From an uncultured Lachnospiraceae bacterium (GTDB lineage: Bacteria > Bacillota > Clostridia > Lachnospirales > Lachnospiraceae), in NCBI GenBank assembly GCA_964405075.1, contig CAYOMP010000001.1, forward strand, positions 1 through 59,354: a stretch of 59,354 nucleotides of DNA, in the 5' to 3' direction. Within the stretch, counting starts at the first letter, position 1; each line of letters begins with the position of its first letter. A model generated the notes under the pieces. It was not told where the DNA came from. It ran no database searches and saw nothing but the letters and a program-made list of their open reading frames with translations. This document shows positions 1 through 8,702 of this stretch, piece by piece. Both the position numbers and the translations under genes were made by a program.

Positions 1-246
1 TTCTGCAACCTGATCACTAACAGATATGATACCATTAATATCCGCTAAATGCAAGCGGTATTTTTGATAAATCTGCAATAGTATTATATGCAGTTGGAGA
101 GTTTTTATGTTAAGAGTTATGTTGTGAAAAATATTTTTTATAATTAAGAGAAAATAGATTGAGAATTAGTTGGAACAGATATATAATTCCGTTGGGACAA
201 AAGGAAAGCGTATAAAATTGCTAGCGTAAGATTGAAGGAGGTCTAC

Positions 247-561
247 ATGGAAGTTTCAAAAAGTGATTGGAAATTATTCAGAACACGCATTGTTGAATGG
301 CAGGAAGATTATATGGAACGCTTAGTGAAAGAATATATTGATATGTTGAATGGAATTGGAAATGCTTCGAATAAGTTCTGGGAACTGGAAGGGCGAATAA
401 AGAAGGATAAGAAGCATCCGGGAGTAATGATTGAATTAAGCAAAGGAAATATGATTATCGATATTGTGGCACTGATTAATAGTGGTGTGATAACAACTGC
501 TGATTTGGAAGGTTTTAGTGATGAATTAAGAGAAAGCGTGGATTTTCTTATGCATAGGTAA
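247..561 (+). CDS. conserved hypothetical small cytoplasmic protein (104 aa)
   Basis: ORF 232..561. The GAAGGAGG RBS at 234-241 favours ATG 247 over TTG 232. No recognisable catalytic or DNA-binding motif. Confidence 0.55.
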   Translation: MEVSKSDWKLFRTRIVEWQEDYMERLVKEYIDMLNGIGNASNKFWELEGRIKKDKKHPGVMIELSKGNMIIDIVALINSGVITTADLEGFSDELRESVDFLMHR

Positions 562-761
562 ACAATGATGATGTCTACCTTATCCTGTAAGGAATTGAGG
601 ATTATTCCTATACCAAAGATGGCAAGGAAATCAAAGGCTCACAGTATAAGGTCAAGCTGGAGTTTGTTAAGAAGAAATAAAACGTATTGCTATTGTGCGC
701 ACAGATTGGTATAACATAGCTAGAAAAGGAGACACTAAGATTTTGAAAGGAGTGTTACACT

Positions 762-1070
762 ATGGCAACAAAATCAGCTAATTTGTACGTGAGAATAGAG
801 CCAGATGTGAAAGAGCAGGCAGAAAGTATCTTGTCAGCACTTGGTATTCCAGCATCCAATGCTATCAATATGTTCTATAAACAGATTATTCTAAACAGGG
901 GACTTCCTTTTGAAGTGAAAATACCTACGGCAAAACATGTTAATGTGGCAGAACTGACCGAAGCAGAATTGAATGCGGAACTGGAGAAAGGATATGCGGA
1001 TATGGTTGCAGGCAGAACAAAACCTGCAAGGCAGGCATTTGCTGATATTCGCAAAGATTACGGTATATGA
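762..1070 (+). CDS. RelB/DinJ-family type II antitoxin
   Basis: The N-terminus SANLYVRIEPDVKEQAESILSALGIPASNAINMFYKQI is the ribbon-helix-helix signature of DinJ/RelB antitoxins. GAAAGGAG RBS. Its stop overlaps the downstream toxin ATG (ATGA at 1067-1070). Confidence 0.85.
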   Translation: MATKSANLYVRIEPDVKEQAESILSALGIPASNAINMFYKQIILNRGLPFEVKIPTAKHVNVAELTEAELNAELEKGYADMVAGRTKPARQAFADIRKDYGI

Positions 1071-1396
1071 TTTGTGAGGTAATTACCACCGATTAAGCTG
1101 ATGCCGATTTAAGGGGAATATATGAGTATATTGCTTTTGAATTGCTTTCACCAGATAATGCGGCAGGACAGCTTGAAAGGTTAGAAGAACACATCATAGG
1201 GCTTGAGGAATTTCCAGAAAAATTCAGACCTTATGAAAAAGAACCGTGGAATAGTAGAGGGCTAAGGGTAATGCCTGTTGACAATTATCTGGTATTTTAT
1301 ATTCCGAATATAGATACAAGAATTGTAACAGTCATCCGTGTTATGTATGCGGGCAGGGATGTTGATAACCAGCTAAATAATTACACGGCGATGTAA
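1067..1396 (+). pseudogene. RelE/ParE-family toxin interrupted by an in-frame TAA at codon 10 (1094-1096)
   Basis: ATG 1067 is in frame with ORF 1142..1396. Read-through gives MICEVITTD*ADADLRGIYEYIAFELLSPDNAAGQLERLE...VTVIRVMYAGRDV, a typical ParE/RelE toxin layout coupled to the antitoxin stop. Confidence 0.8.
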
Positions 1397-1421
1397 AAAC
1401 AAAATAATTGTAACTGCGTAA

Positions 1422-1456
1422 AGGCGTATGAGATGTAACAGTTTCATATGCCTTTT
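1422..1456 (+). terminator. hairpin downstream of the parE remnant
   Basis: 10-bp stem AGGCGTATGA/TCATATGCCT (one G-U pair), 12-nt loop, short TTT tail. Confidence 0.5.
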
Positions 1457-1470
1457 AGCGATTTATGAAA

Positions 1471-1495
1471 ATGGAGGTCAATTTTTGACCTCCAT
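1471..1495. terminator. hairpin between convergent genes
   Basis: 11-bp perfect stem ATGGAGGTCAA/TTGACCTCCAT with a 3-nt loop. The flanking A/T runs are not ideally placed for either strand. Confidence 0.4.
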
Positions 1496-1534
1496 AAAAA
1501 AATTAAATTAATTTACACACTTTACTTGACAAAC

Positions 1535-1783
1535 TCAACTAATTATTAATGCAACTACAATTACTACTACGTACAATATCCACTCCAGCACCGAAACATC
1601 TTTAACAGTCCTTTTGGGCTGTTTATTCTTTTTATCCATTCTATCACAGATTTTGCTAAAAACCATTATTTTTATAAGACCTTCTAACATATCTAACACC
1701 TCTCTTGGTTCTTTTATTGTATCATTAAAGGGATAATATTGATAGCGTTTTATCTTTTTCATTATATTAAAGTTTTCTTTCAA
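1535..1783 (-). CDS. hypothetical small protein with a C-terminal transmembrane helix
   Basis: ORF track only. The tail LEWILYVVVIVVALIIS is hydrophobic. Start is uncertain (TTG 1783 or ATG 1762) and the RBS is weak. Confidence 0.35.
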   Translation of the reverse strand: MKENFNIMKKIKRYQYYPFNDTIKEPREVLDMLEGLIKIMVFSKICDRMDKKNKQPKRTVKDVSVLEWILYVVVIVVALIIS

Positions 1784-2065
1784 AATTGAAATTTCCTTTA
1801 TATATTTCTAAACAGTCCATATATGACCAAATGTATATATGTTTAGTTGAATGCCCCCAAAAAATGGTGCATTATTCAACTTATTTGCTCTTTTTTATTC
1901 GTAACATAAGATTTTATTGCTTTTATAGAATTGTGGTTGTATTATTAGTGCATGAAATTTACGATATAGGAAGAAATATAATGTTTCCACTTATTGATGA
2001 ATTTAAAGTTTTTTTATGATGAAAAATCAAATCTAATGAGTAAAACCTAATTTAAGGAGAGTTGT

Positions 2066-2743
2066 ATGGCAGTTTTTTATGGTGTTGGAGTAGGCTCAGG
2101 AGATCCTGAATTAATGACATTGAAATCAATCAGAGTAATAAATGAAAGTGATGTAATAGTTGTTCCTTCGGAGGATATAGATAAATCTGTCGCCTATAAT
2201 ATTGTGCGAGAAGTAATTCCGGAAATTGTAAAAAAAGAGGTAATAGGTATTAAAATGCCAATGATAAAGGATAAAACTTCGTTGGAGAATGCACACAAGG
2301 TGGGAGCAGATATGATTATGGCAAAGCTTGTAGAAGAAAAAGATGTTGCATTTTTAACACTTGGAGATCCAACTATATATTCTACATTTACATATATTCA
2401 AGACATTGTTAAGGGTAATGGCTATGAAACAAAGATTATAAATGGTATAGCTTCTTTTCTTTCAGCAGCATCGCATCTGAATACAAAGCTTGTAATAAGG
2501 GATGAAATGTTGCATATTATTCCATCAACCTATGGTATTAGTGATGCGATGAATTTAGAGGGAACCAAAGTTTTTATGAAGGCAGGAAATCAATTGAAGG
2601 GTATAAAAGAACATTTGTCCGGGACTGATAAAAAAGTATATTTTATCGAAAACTGTGGTATGGATAATGAGAAAATCATAGAAGGTATTAATAATATGCC
2701 AGAACAGTCGGGATATTATTCAATGGTCATTGTATCTGATTAG
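2066..2743 (+). CDS. cbiL: precorrin-2 / cobalt-factor-II C20-methyltransferase
   Basis: N-terminus FYGVGVGSGDPELMTLKSIRVINESDVIVVP and LTLGDPTIYSTFTY match the tetrapyrrole methylase CbiL/CobI pattern. AAGGAG RBS. Confidence 0.75.
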   Translation: MAVFYGVGVGSGDPELMTLKSIRVINESDVIVVPSEDIDKSVAYNIVREVIPEIVKKEVIGIKMPMIKDKTSLENAHKVGADMIMAKLVEEKDVAFLTLGDPTIYSTFTYIQDIVKGNGYETKIINGIASFLSAASHLNTKLVIRDEMLHIIPSTYGISDAMNLEGTKVFMKAGNQLKGIKEHLSGTDKKVYFIENCGMDNEKIIEGINNMPEQSGYYSMVIVSD

Positions 2744-2829
2744 TAAGAGAATTTTTCTAAGTAAAGTCTTAGGAGAATAGAAAATATGAAAGTAGTGCAA
2801 ACAATTAGAAAATAAATAATTGTACCAAT

Positions 2830-3192
2830 GTGACCATTGATAATGTGAGGCGCAATATTTCAAGTTTCTTTTCGTGGATTAAGGAAGAGGATTATATTTT
2901 AAAAAGTCCTATGAAGAGAATTAATAAGATAAAAACCAAGACAGTTGTGAAAAATATTATTTCAGATGAAGGAATAGAAAAACTTAGGGATAATTGTGAA
3001 ATAAAAAGAGATTTAGCTATTATTGATTTGCTTTATTCAACAGGCATTAGAGTTGGAGAACTTGTAAATTTAAATATAGATGATATTGACTTAGACGGAC
3101 GAGAATGTGTTGTATATGGAAAAGGTGATAAAGAACGTAAAGTGTATTTTGATGCCAAAGCTAAGGTACATATAGACAATATCAATGGCTGA
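2830..3192 (+). pseudogene. central fragment of a tyrosine recombinase/integrase
   Basis: Box I region DLLYSTGIRVGEL and GKGDKERKVYF are present. The N-terminal SAM-like domain start, the HxxR motif and the catalytic Tyr are all absent. The frame is closed by a stop at 2806 upstream and ends at 3192. Confidence 0.8.
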
Positions 3193-3288
3193 CTTAAAAA
3201 ATAATGGGACTATTGTATGATGTAGAATTAAATACAATAACATAGTATTTATAGAAGGCTTTTAAAAGTTATGAACTTGATGAGGAAG

Positions 3289-3315
3289 CAGTTACTCGAA
3301 AATTTCGAGTAACTG
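3289..3315. other. perfect 13-1-13 palindrome
   Basis: CAGTTACTCGAAA-A-TTTCGAGTAACTG followed by TTT. Lies between two gene fragments. Confidence 0.6.
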
Positions 3316-3359
3316 TTTCAGAGGGAAAAATTATAATACAAAACATTACAATTTGAAAT

Positions 3360-4058
3360 ATGTATTTACGTAAAGGTTATGAATTTACAGGTTGGAATAC
3401 TAAACGCGATGGTAGCGGAACAAGCTACGTGGATAAGGCGACAATACTCAATCTTGCAGATGTGGATGGAAGTACTGTAACACTCTATGCACAATGGAAA
3501 ACAATCACATATACCATTAACTATCAGTTAAATGGTGGGGTAAATAGCGGAGCAAATCCTACCACATATAATATAACAACTCCAACTAATGGTGGAACTA
3601 TCACACTGTATGCCCAGTGGAAGATGAATTACATTAGTAAGAAGAAGACTACTGTTTATGTAGGAAGTTCAGAAATTTTAGAACTTACTGGTACTAATAT
3701 TAAATCGGCAAAGAGTAGTAATAAAAAGATAGCAACTGTCACATCTAAAGGTAAAGTAACTGCCAAGAAAGCAGGCAAGGCCATCATTACTTTAAAAGGG
3801 ACGGATGGAAGAACCTACAAATGTACTGTAACAGTGAAAAATCCTATCATTAATGCTAAAAAGAAGACATTAAAAGTAGGAAAAAAATTTACTTTAAAAC
3901 TTACAGGTACTACAATAAAATCTGCACGTTCAAGTAGTAAAAAAGTGGCAACAGTTACATCAAAAGGGATAGTAACTGCAAAAAGTAAGGGAAAAGCAAC
4001 CATAACCTTAAAGGGTAAAGATAAAAAATCCTATAAGTGTGTTATTACAGTAAAATAA
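3360..4058 (+). pseudogene. fragment of a cell-surface protein (Listeria/Bacteroides-type repeats + 2 Big_2 Ig-like domains)
   Basis: Starts inside a repeat (KGYEFTGWNT...TLYAQWK appears twice, the second copy internally shortened). Two tandem KKIATVTSKGKVTAKKAGKA.ITLKG...YKC.VTV domains follow. No signal peptide or anchor. Confidence 0.7.
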
Positions 4059-4069
4059 TTAATAAAAAT

Positions 4070-4104
4070 AGGTCTTTGGCTATTATAGTCGGAGACCTTT
4101 TTTT
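4070..4104 (+). terminator. rho-independent terminator
   Basis: Stem AGGTCTTTGGC/GTCGGAGACCT (with G-U pairs) followed by TTTTTTT. Confidence 0.7.
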
Positions 4105-4219
4105 ATTATAGGAAATCAATTTTTAACAATATTTTTTTATTCTATATATAGTATATATGTAAATTTGTGTTAGAATGATGAAAATAGATTACTGATGTAA
4201 TTAATACAGGAGGTACAAA

Positions 4220-4570
4220 ATGCAATTTATATGTTATCCTAAGTGTTCAACCTGCCAAAAGACTAAAAAATGGTTGGATGGACATACTATAGAATATACG
4301 GAGCGTCACATTGTGGAAGATAATCCGACCTTTGAGGAATTGAAAGAATGGTATGAAAAGAGTGGTCTTGCGCTCAAGAAATTTTTTAATACAAGTGGTT
4401 TGATTTATAAAGAAATGCAATTAAAGGACAAACTTCCTACTATGACTGAAGAAGAACAACTGCAATTATTATCCACAAATGGAATGCTTGTAAAACGTCC
4501 GCTGTTGATAGGTGATGATATTGTACTTGTAGGATTTAAGGAAGCAGAGTGGACTGAAAAATTATTATAG
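4220..4570 (+). CDS. ArsC/Spx/MgsR-family thioredoxin-fold protein
   Basis: YPKCSTCQKTKKWL (CxxC-type motif), KFFNTSG and MLVKRPLL are typical of the ArsC-like family. CAGGAGG RBS. Confidence 0.8.
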   Translation: MQFICYPKCSTCQKTKKWLDGHTIEYTERHIVEDNPTFEELKEWYEKSGLALKKFFNTSGLIYKEMQLKDKLPTMTEEEQLQLLSTNGMLVKRPLLIGDDIVLVGFKEAEWTEKLL

Positions 4571-4641
4571 ATGCTAAATGTGATAATTCTTGCATAAGCT
4601 TTGGGAAAATATTGTTAAGGTGATTTATGGAGGCACACAAA

Positions 4642-5247
4642 ATGAAAAAGAAAATAGTCATACTTTTATTAATGTTATCAATAGGAACAATTTCTATTAC
4701 TGCTTGTGGTAATAAAACAACTAATACTGAAATAGCAGAAAACGGTGTAGAAATAACTGAAACACCAGAAGCAACAAATACGGAAGAAGAAGCATCAGGA
4801 ACAACAGAGACAGAAACGGGAGCGACAGATGTAGGTGTAGAAACACCAAATAGTGCTGAAGATACTGTTGCATATAAACTCTATGATAGATTTGAAAAAG
4901 AGCTTGCAAATACTACAGATATTGAGGAATTAGCTAACGTACTTATTTCAGATGAATGTTTTGGTGAAGTAGCAACAGGAACAGTGGTAGTAGAACCTGG
5001 TTTCTTAAGTGGTTTTGAAAGTGAAATAACAGGATTTAATAAGGGAGTTATGTTTGCACCTATGATTGGTACAATTCCATTTGTAGGATATTTGTTTGAA
5101 ACAGATGATACAGATGCACTTGTAAATCAGCTTACTGAAAAGCATCAGTTAAACTGGAATATTTGTACAGAAGCAGACGAAATGTTAGTGAAGGCAAATG
5201 GTAACTATGTATTTTTTGTAATGTCACCATATTCATTTGAGGATTAA
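4642..5247 (+). CDS. lipoprotein, function unknown
   Basis: MKKKIVILLLMLSIGTISITAC is a signal peptide with a lipobox. An acidic T/E-rich linker follows. The GGAGG at 4629-4633 favours ATG 4642. Confidence 0.65.
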   Translation: MKKKIVILLLMLSIGTISITACGNKTTNTEIAENGVEITETPEATNTEEEASGTTETETGATDVGVETPNSAEDTVAYKLYDRFEKELANTTDIEELANVLISDECFGEVATGTVVVEPGFLSGFESEITGFNKGVMFAPMIGTIPFVGYLFETDDTDALVNQLTEKHQLNWNICTEADEMLVKANGNYVFFVMSPYSFED

Positions 5248-5250
5248 AAT

Positions 5251-6189
5251 ATGAATAATAAAAAATCCATTATGACATTTTCAGCGTTGCAAATACTTAT
5301 ATTTCATTTGTGGGTATATGTACTGAATGGTAATGAGATTGAGATATTCCTTAAACAAACATCCTATATAGGAGTTGATATATTCTTTTTAATATCAGGA
5401 TACTCGTTAGCAAGCAGGAGCGTTGACCATTATGGCAGGTTCCTGCTTGTTAGATTTAAAGCAGTGTATCTTAAATTTATAATATTTGCAATAATAGCAA
5501 CAATATATTCACATTGGAGTTTGAGTCAATTAATTAAAATAATAAGTGGAATAAACCTTTTAGAAAAAGGTGGAGGAGCATTTTTATGGTTTATACCAGC
5601 CATAATGATATTTTACATTATTTTTCCTTTATTTCAACGTTGTGAAAATAAGTATAAAACCATAACACCTTTATTAACAACACTATTATGGATATCAGGG
5701 GCGCTTATAATAACAAACAACACTGAATTAAGACAATTAGCGATAATGTGGAATAGAATACCAATATTTATAGTTGGATACTATATGTCAGAACTAAATA
5801 GTAAAACAGATATATTTGATAACAAAACCTTAAAAATGACAATTGGTACAGTACTTACAATAATTGGAACAATATTAATATATAATTTTGCTTATAAGGT
5901 AAAATTACAAATGCCTTTTAGAGATATGTTTTATTTAATTGTTATTATGTCAAGCATAGGTTTGGTGTTGATAATTAGCTGTATTCCAGAAGCTAAACTA
6001 ACAATTTGGATAGGGTCATCCACATTAGAAATATACGCAATACAGATGATATTTGGATATGATTTTGTAAATAAATTAATTAAAATTATAGAAAATAAGT
6101 TGGTGCTAAATATTACTACTATAGTTGTTATCGTTGCATTATCAGTAGTAGTACATTATAGTTACGAGAAATTAATAGTAAGTAAGTGA
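5251..6189 (+). CDS. membrane acyltransferase (acyltransferase_3 / OafA-like)
   Basis: About 10 predicted TM helices. GVDIFFLISGYSL motif and a His in TM1. Starts 3 nt after the lipoprotein gene. Confidence 0.7.
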   Translation: MNNKKSIMTFSALQILIFHLWVYVLNGNEIEIFLKQTSYIGVDIFFLISGYSLASRSVDHYGRFLLVRFKAVYLKFIIFAIIATIYSHWSLSQLIKIISGINLLEKGGGAFLWFIPAIMIFYIIFPLFQRCENKYKTITPLLTTLLWISGALIITNNTELRQLAIMWNRIPIFIVGYYMSELNSKTDIFDNKTLKMTIGTVLTIIGTILIYNFAYKVKLQMPFRDMFYLIVIMSSIGLVLIISCIPEAKLTIWIGSSTLEIYAIQMIFGYDFVNKLIKIIENKLVLNITTIVVIVALSVVVHYSYEKLIVSK

Positions 6190-6332
6190 GCATAGATAGA
6201 TATTGCACACAGAAACAGATATGTGGCAGAGGTTATTACAAGTAGATTTTATAATCAACGATATAAAGCAATAATGAATATTTTGTGAAATATTAGAGAA
6301 TCTGTTGAAAAAAATTCTAGTTGGAATTATAA

Positions 6333-6344
6333 TTAGCATGCTAA
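6333..6344. promoter_or_regulatory. palindrome TTAGCATGCTAA (candidate MarR operator, copy 1)
   Basis: Perfect 12-bp palindrome. The 14-mer ATTAGCATGCTAAC matches 12/14 with the site at 6934-6947. Confidence 0.3.
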
Positions 6345-6346
6345 CT

Positions 6347-6372
6347 AAAAAGGTCCGTTGGACCTTTTTGTT
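6347..6372 (+). terminator. rho-independent terminator-like hairpin
   Basis: AAAAAGGTCC-GTT-GGACCTTTTT, 10-bp stem with A and T tracts on both sides. Confidence 0.6.
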
Positions 6373-6463
6373 GTATGCTTGGCAACTAAAATATTTTGCA
6401 TAATACTTGTTAAGTTTTAAGAAAAACTGTAGTTTGAATGTAGAGTAATGAATAGGAGGAAAA

Positions 6464-6913
6464 ATGCAGGAAGATACCAAAATAGGCTTATTAGTGAAAT
6501 TTGTAAGTAATGGATTAAAAAGAGCACTTGACAACAGCAGTGTGAGAATCGGACTAACGGCTACACAGTGTCAGACTATGGGATTTTTGAGAAGAAAAAC
6601 TGATATGGGTGAAAAAGCATATCCTATGGATTTGGAAAAGGAGCTTCATTTAAAAAAATCCACTGTATCAGGAGTATTAAAGCGAATGGAAGAAAAGGGC
6701 TTTATAAAACTACAGTCTGATGATGATGACGGAAGAAGAAAGATTATAACTCTCACGCCAAAAAGTAAGGAAATTGATGAGAAGATGGAGGAGAATTTCA
6801 GATATGTAGAAGGAGAGCTTCTGACAGGTATAGATGAAGAGGACATTGAGATTACAAAAAGAACTTTATTAAAAATGCTTGATAACATAAATAAATTCAA
6901 TGATGTTGATTAA
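6464..6913 (+). CDS. MarR-family transcriptional regulator
   Basis: Winged-helix region LTATQCQTMGFL...LEKELHLKKSTVSGVLKRMEEKGFI...DGRRKIITLT. AGGAGG RBS. Confidence 0.85.
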   Translation: MQEDTKIGLLVKFVSNGLKRALDNSSVRIGLTATQCQTMGFLRRKTDMGEKAYPMDLEKELHLKKSTVSGVLKRMEEKGFIKLQSDDDDGRRKIITLTPKSKEIDEKMEENFRYVEGELLTGIDEEDIEITKRTLLKMLDNINKFNDVD

Positions 6914-6933
6914 TCATTTTTTATGATTACATA

Positions 6934-6947
6934 GTTAGCGTGCTAAC
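6934..6947. promoter_or_regulatory. near-palindrome GTTAGCGTGCTAAC (candidate MarR operator, copy 2)
   Basis: Lies between the marR stop and the ABC gene start. Same TTAGC-N2-GCTAA core as 6333-6344. Confidence 0.35.
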
Positions 6948-6965
6948 AAGGAAGGAAGTGGCAAG

Positions 6966-8702
6966 ATGTTAAAAACACTAGCAGCACAAATAAAGGAATA
7001 TAAAAAGTCATCAATTATAACACCAATATATATTATTTTGGAAGCCATTATGGAAGTTATAATTCCGTATTTAATGGCTTCCATTATTGATGACGGTTTA
7101 GAAAAGGGAAACATACAGCATGTGGTAATTGTGGGAATAACAATGTTGTTTGCGGCAATGCTGTCATTATCATTTGGATTTTTGGCTGGAAAACATGCAG
7201 CTTATGCCAGTACAGGTTTTGCAAAGAATTTGAGAAAGGCAATGTTTGATAACATTCAGAATTTTTCATTTTCAAACATAGACAAATATTCAACAGCGGG
7301 TCTTATAACCAGACTTACGACAGATGTTACAAATGTTCAAAACTCATACCAGATGATTATAAGAATGTGTGTAAGAGCACCTATTATGCTTATTTCAGCA
7401 ATGGTAATGACATTTATTATAAGCCCGAGAGTATCGCTTATCTTTTTGGCGGCAATCCTGTTTTTGGGAATTGTACTTGCAGTTATTATAGCTAAAGCAT
7501 TTCCTGTGTTTGATGAAGTATTTAAAAAGTATGATGATTTGAATGCAAGCGTTCAGGAAAACGTAAATGCAATAAGAGTTGTAAAGGCTTATGTAAGAGA
7601 AGACCACGAAATAAGCCGATTTGAAAAGGCATGCGACAACTTGTATCTGATGTTTGTAAAGGCTGAAAAACTGCTTACCCTTAACATGCCTGCAATGCAA
7701 TTGTGTGTTTATGGCTGTATTATTGGAATTTCATGGCTTGGAGCAAAACTGATTGTAGGAGGAAGCCTTACAACGGGTCAGTTGATGAGTTTGTTTACTT
7801 ATATAATGAACATTATGATTAGCCTTATGATGCTGTCTATGGTATTTGTAATGATTACCATGTCAAAAGCATCTGCTAATCGTATTGCAGAGGTAATAAA
7901 TGAAAAATCAGATCTTGTAAACGGTGAAAATCCTATATATGAAATTAAAAACGGCTCTGTCAAATTTGAAAATGTAAGTTTTGGTTATAAAAACAGTGCT
8001 GATGAGGTTTTGAAAAACATCAATATTGACATAAAGTCAGGAGAAACAATAGGAATAATTGGGGGAACGGGAAGTTCAAAATCTTCGATGGTACAGCTTA
8101 TACCAAGACTGTATGATGTTACTTCTGGTAAGGTTTTAGTAGGCGGTATTGATGTAAGGGATTATGATATTGAAACACTTAGAAATGAAGTAGCAATGGT
8201 ACTTCAAAAAAATGTACTCTTCTCGGGAACAATAAAAGAAAATATAAGATGGGGAAATAAAGATGCAGATGATGCAGAAATAGAAAGAGTATGCCGTCTT
8301 GCACAGGCAGATGAGTTTATTCAGACTTTCCCTGAAAAATATGACACACACATTGAACAGGGCGGAAGCAATGTATCAGGCGGACAAAAGCAGAGATTAT
8401 GTATTGCAAGAGCACTTATAAAGAAACCTAAGATGCTTATACTTGATGATTCAACCAGTGCAGTGGATACAAAGACTGATACACTGATAAGAAAAGCTTT
8501 CAGGGAAGAAATACCTGACACAACCAAGATTATAATTGCACAGAGGATTTCCTCGGTTTGTGATGCAGACAGAATTATCGTTTTAGATGATGGAATGATT
8601 GAGGCTGTGGGAACACATGAAGAACTTTTAAATACAAGTGAAATTTATCGTGATGTATATGAATCACAGATGAAAGGAGCTGATGAGAATGGAGAAAAAT
8701 AA
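6966..8702 (+). CDS. ABC exporter, fused permease/ATP-binding subunit (half transporter A)
   Basis: 6-TM N-terminal domain. Walker A GGTGSSKSS, signature VSGGQKQR, Walker B LILDDSTSAVD. Confidence 0.9.
   Translation: MLKTLAAQIKEYKKSSIITPIYIILEAIMEVIIPYLMASIIDDGLEKGNIQHVVIVGITMLFAAMLSLSFGFLAGKHAAYASTGFAKNLRKAMFDNIQNFSFSNIDKYSTAGLITRLTTDVTNVQNSYQMIIRMCVRAPIMLISAMVMTFIISPRVSLIFLAAILFLGIVLAVIIAKAFPVFDEVFKKYDDLNASVQENVNAIRVVKAYVREDHEISRFEKACDNLYLMFVKAEKLLTLNMPAMQLCVYGCIIGISWLGAKLIVGGSLTTGQLMSLFTYIMNIMISLMMLSMVFVMITMSKASANRIAEVINEKSDLVNGENPIYEIKNGSVKFENVSFGYKNSADEVLKNINIDIKSGETIGIIGGTGSSKSSMVQLIPRLYDVTSGKVLVGGIDVRDYDIETLRNEVAMVLQKNVLFSGTIKENIRWGNKDADDAEIERVCRLAQADEFIQTFPEKYDTHIEQGGSNVSGGQKQRLCIARALIKKPKMLILDDSTSAVDTKTDTLIRKAFREEIPDTTKIIIAQRISSVCDADRIIVLDDGMIEAVGTHEELLNTSEIYRDVYESQMKGADENGEK

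Noticed and set aside
591-680. Coding-looking 30-codon stretch (GIEDYSYTKDGKEIKGSQYKVKLEFVKKK*) between the first ORF and dinJ.
   Set aside because: It has no start codon or RBS, is too short to assign, and is in a different frame from the upstream ORF. It may be another gene remnant, but this cannot be supported.
1784-2065. Possible cobalamin riboswitch upstream of cbiL. Also the 77-aa ORF 1786..2019.
   Set aside because: I could not find a B12-box-like conserved core, only an AT-rich hairpin (about 1845-1880). The ORF is low-complexity, has no RBS and has no motif. An Rfam scan would be needed to exclude the riboswitch definitively.
6172-6534. 120-aa minus-strand ORF spanning the acyltransferase-marR intergenic region.
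   Set aside because: Low-complexity translation and no RBS. It overlaps the well-supported marR start and a terminator hairpin, so it is most likely spurious.
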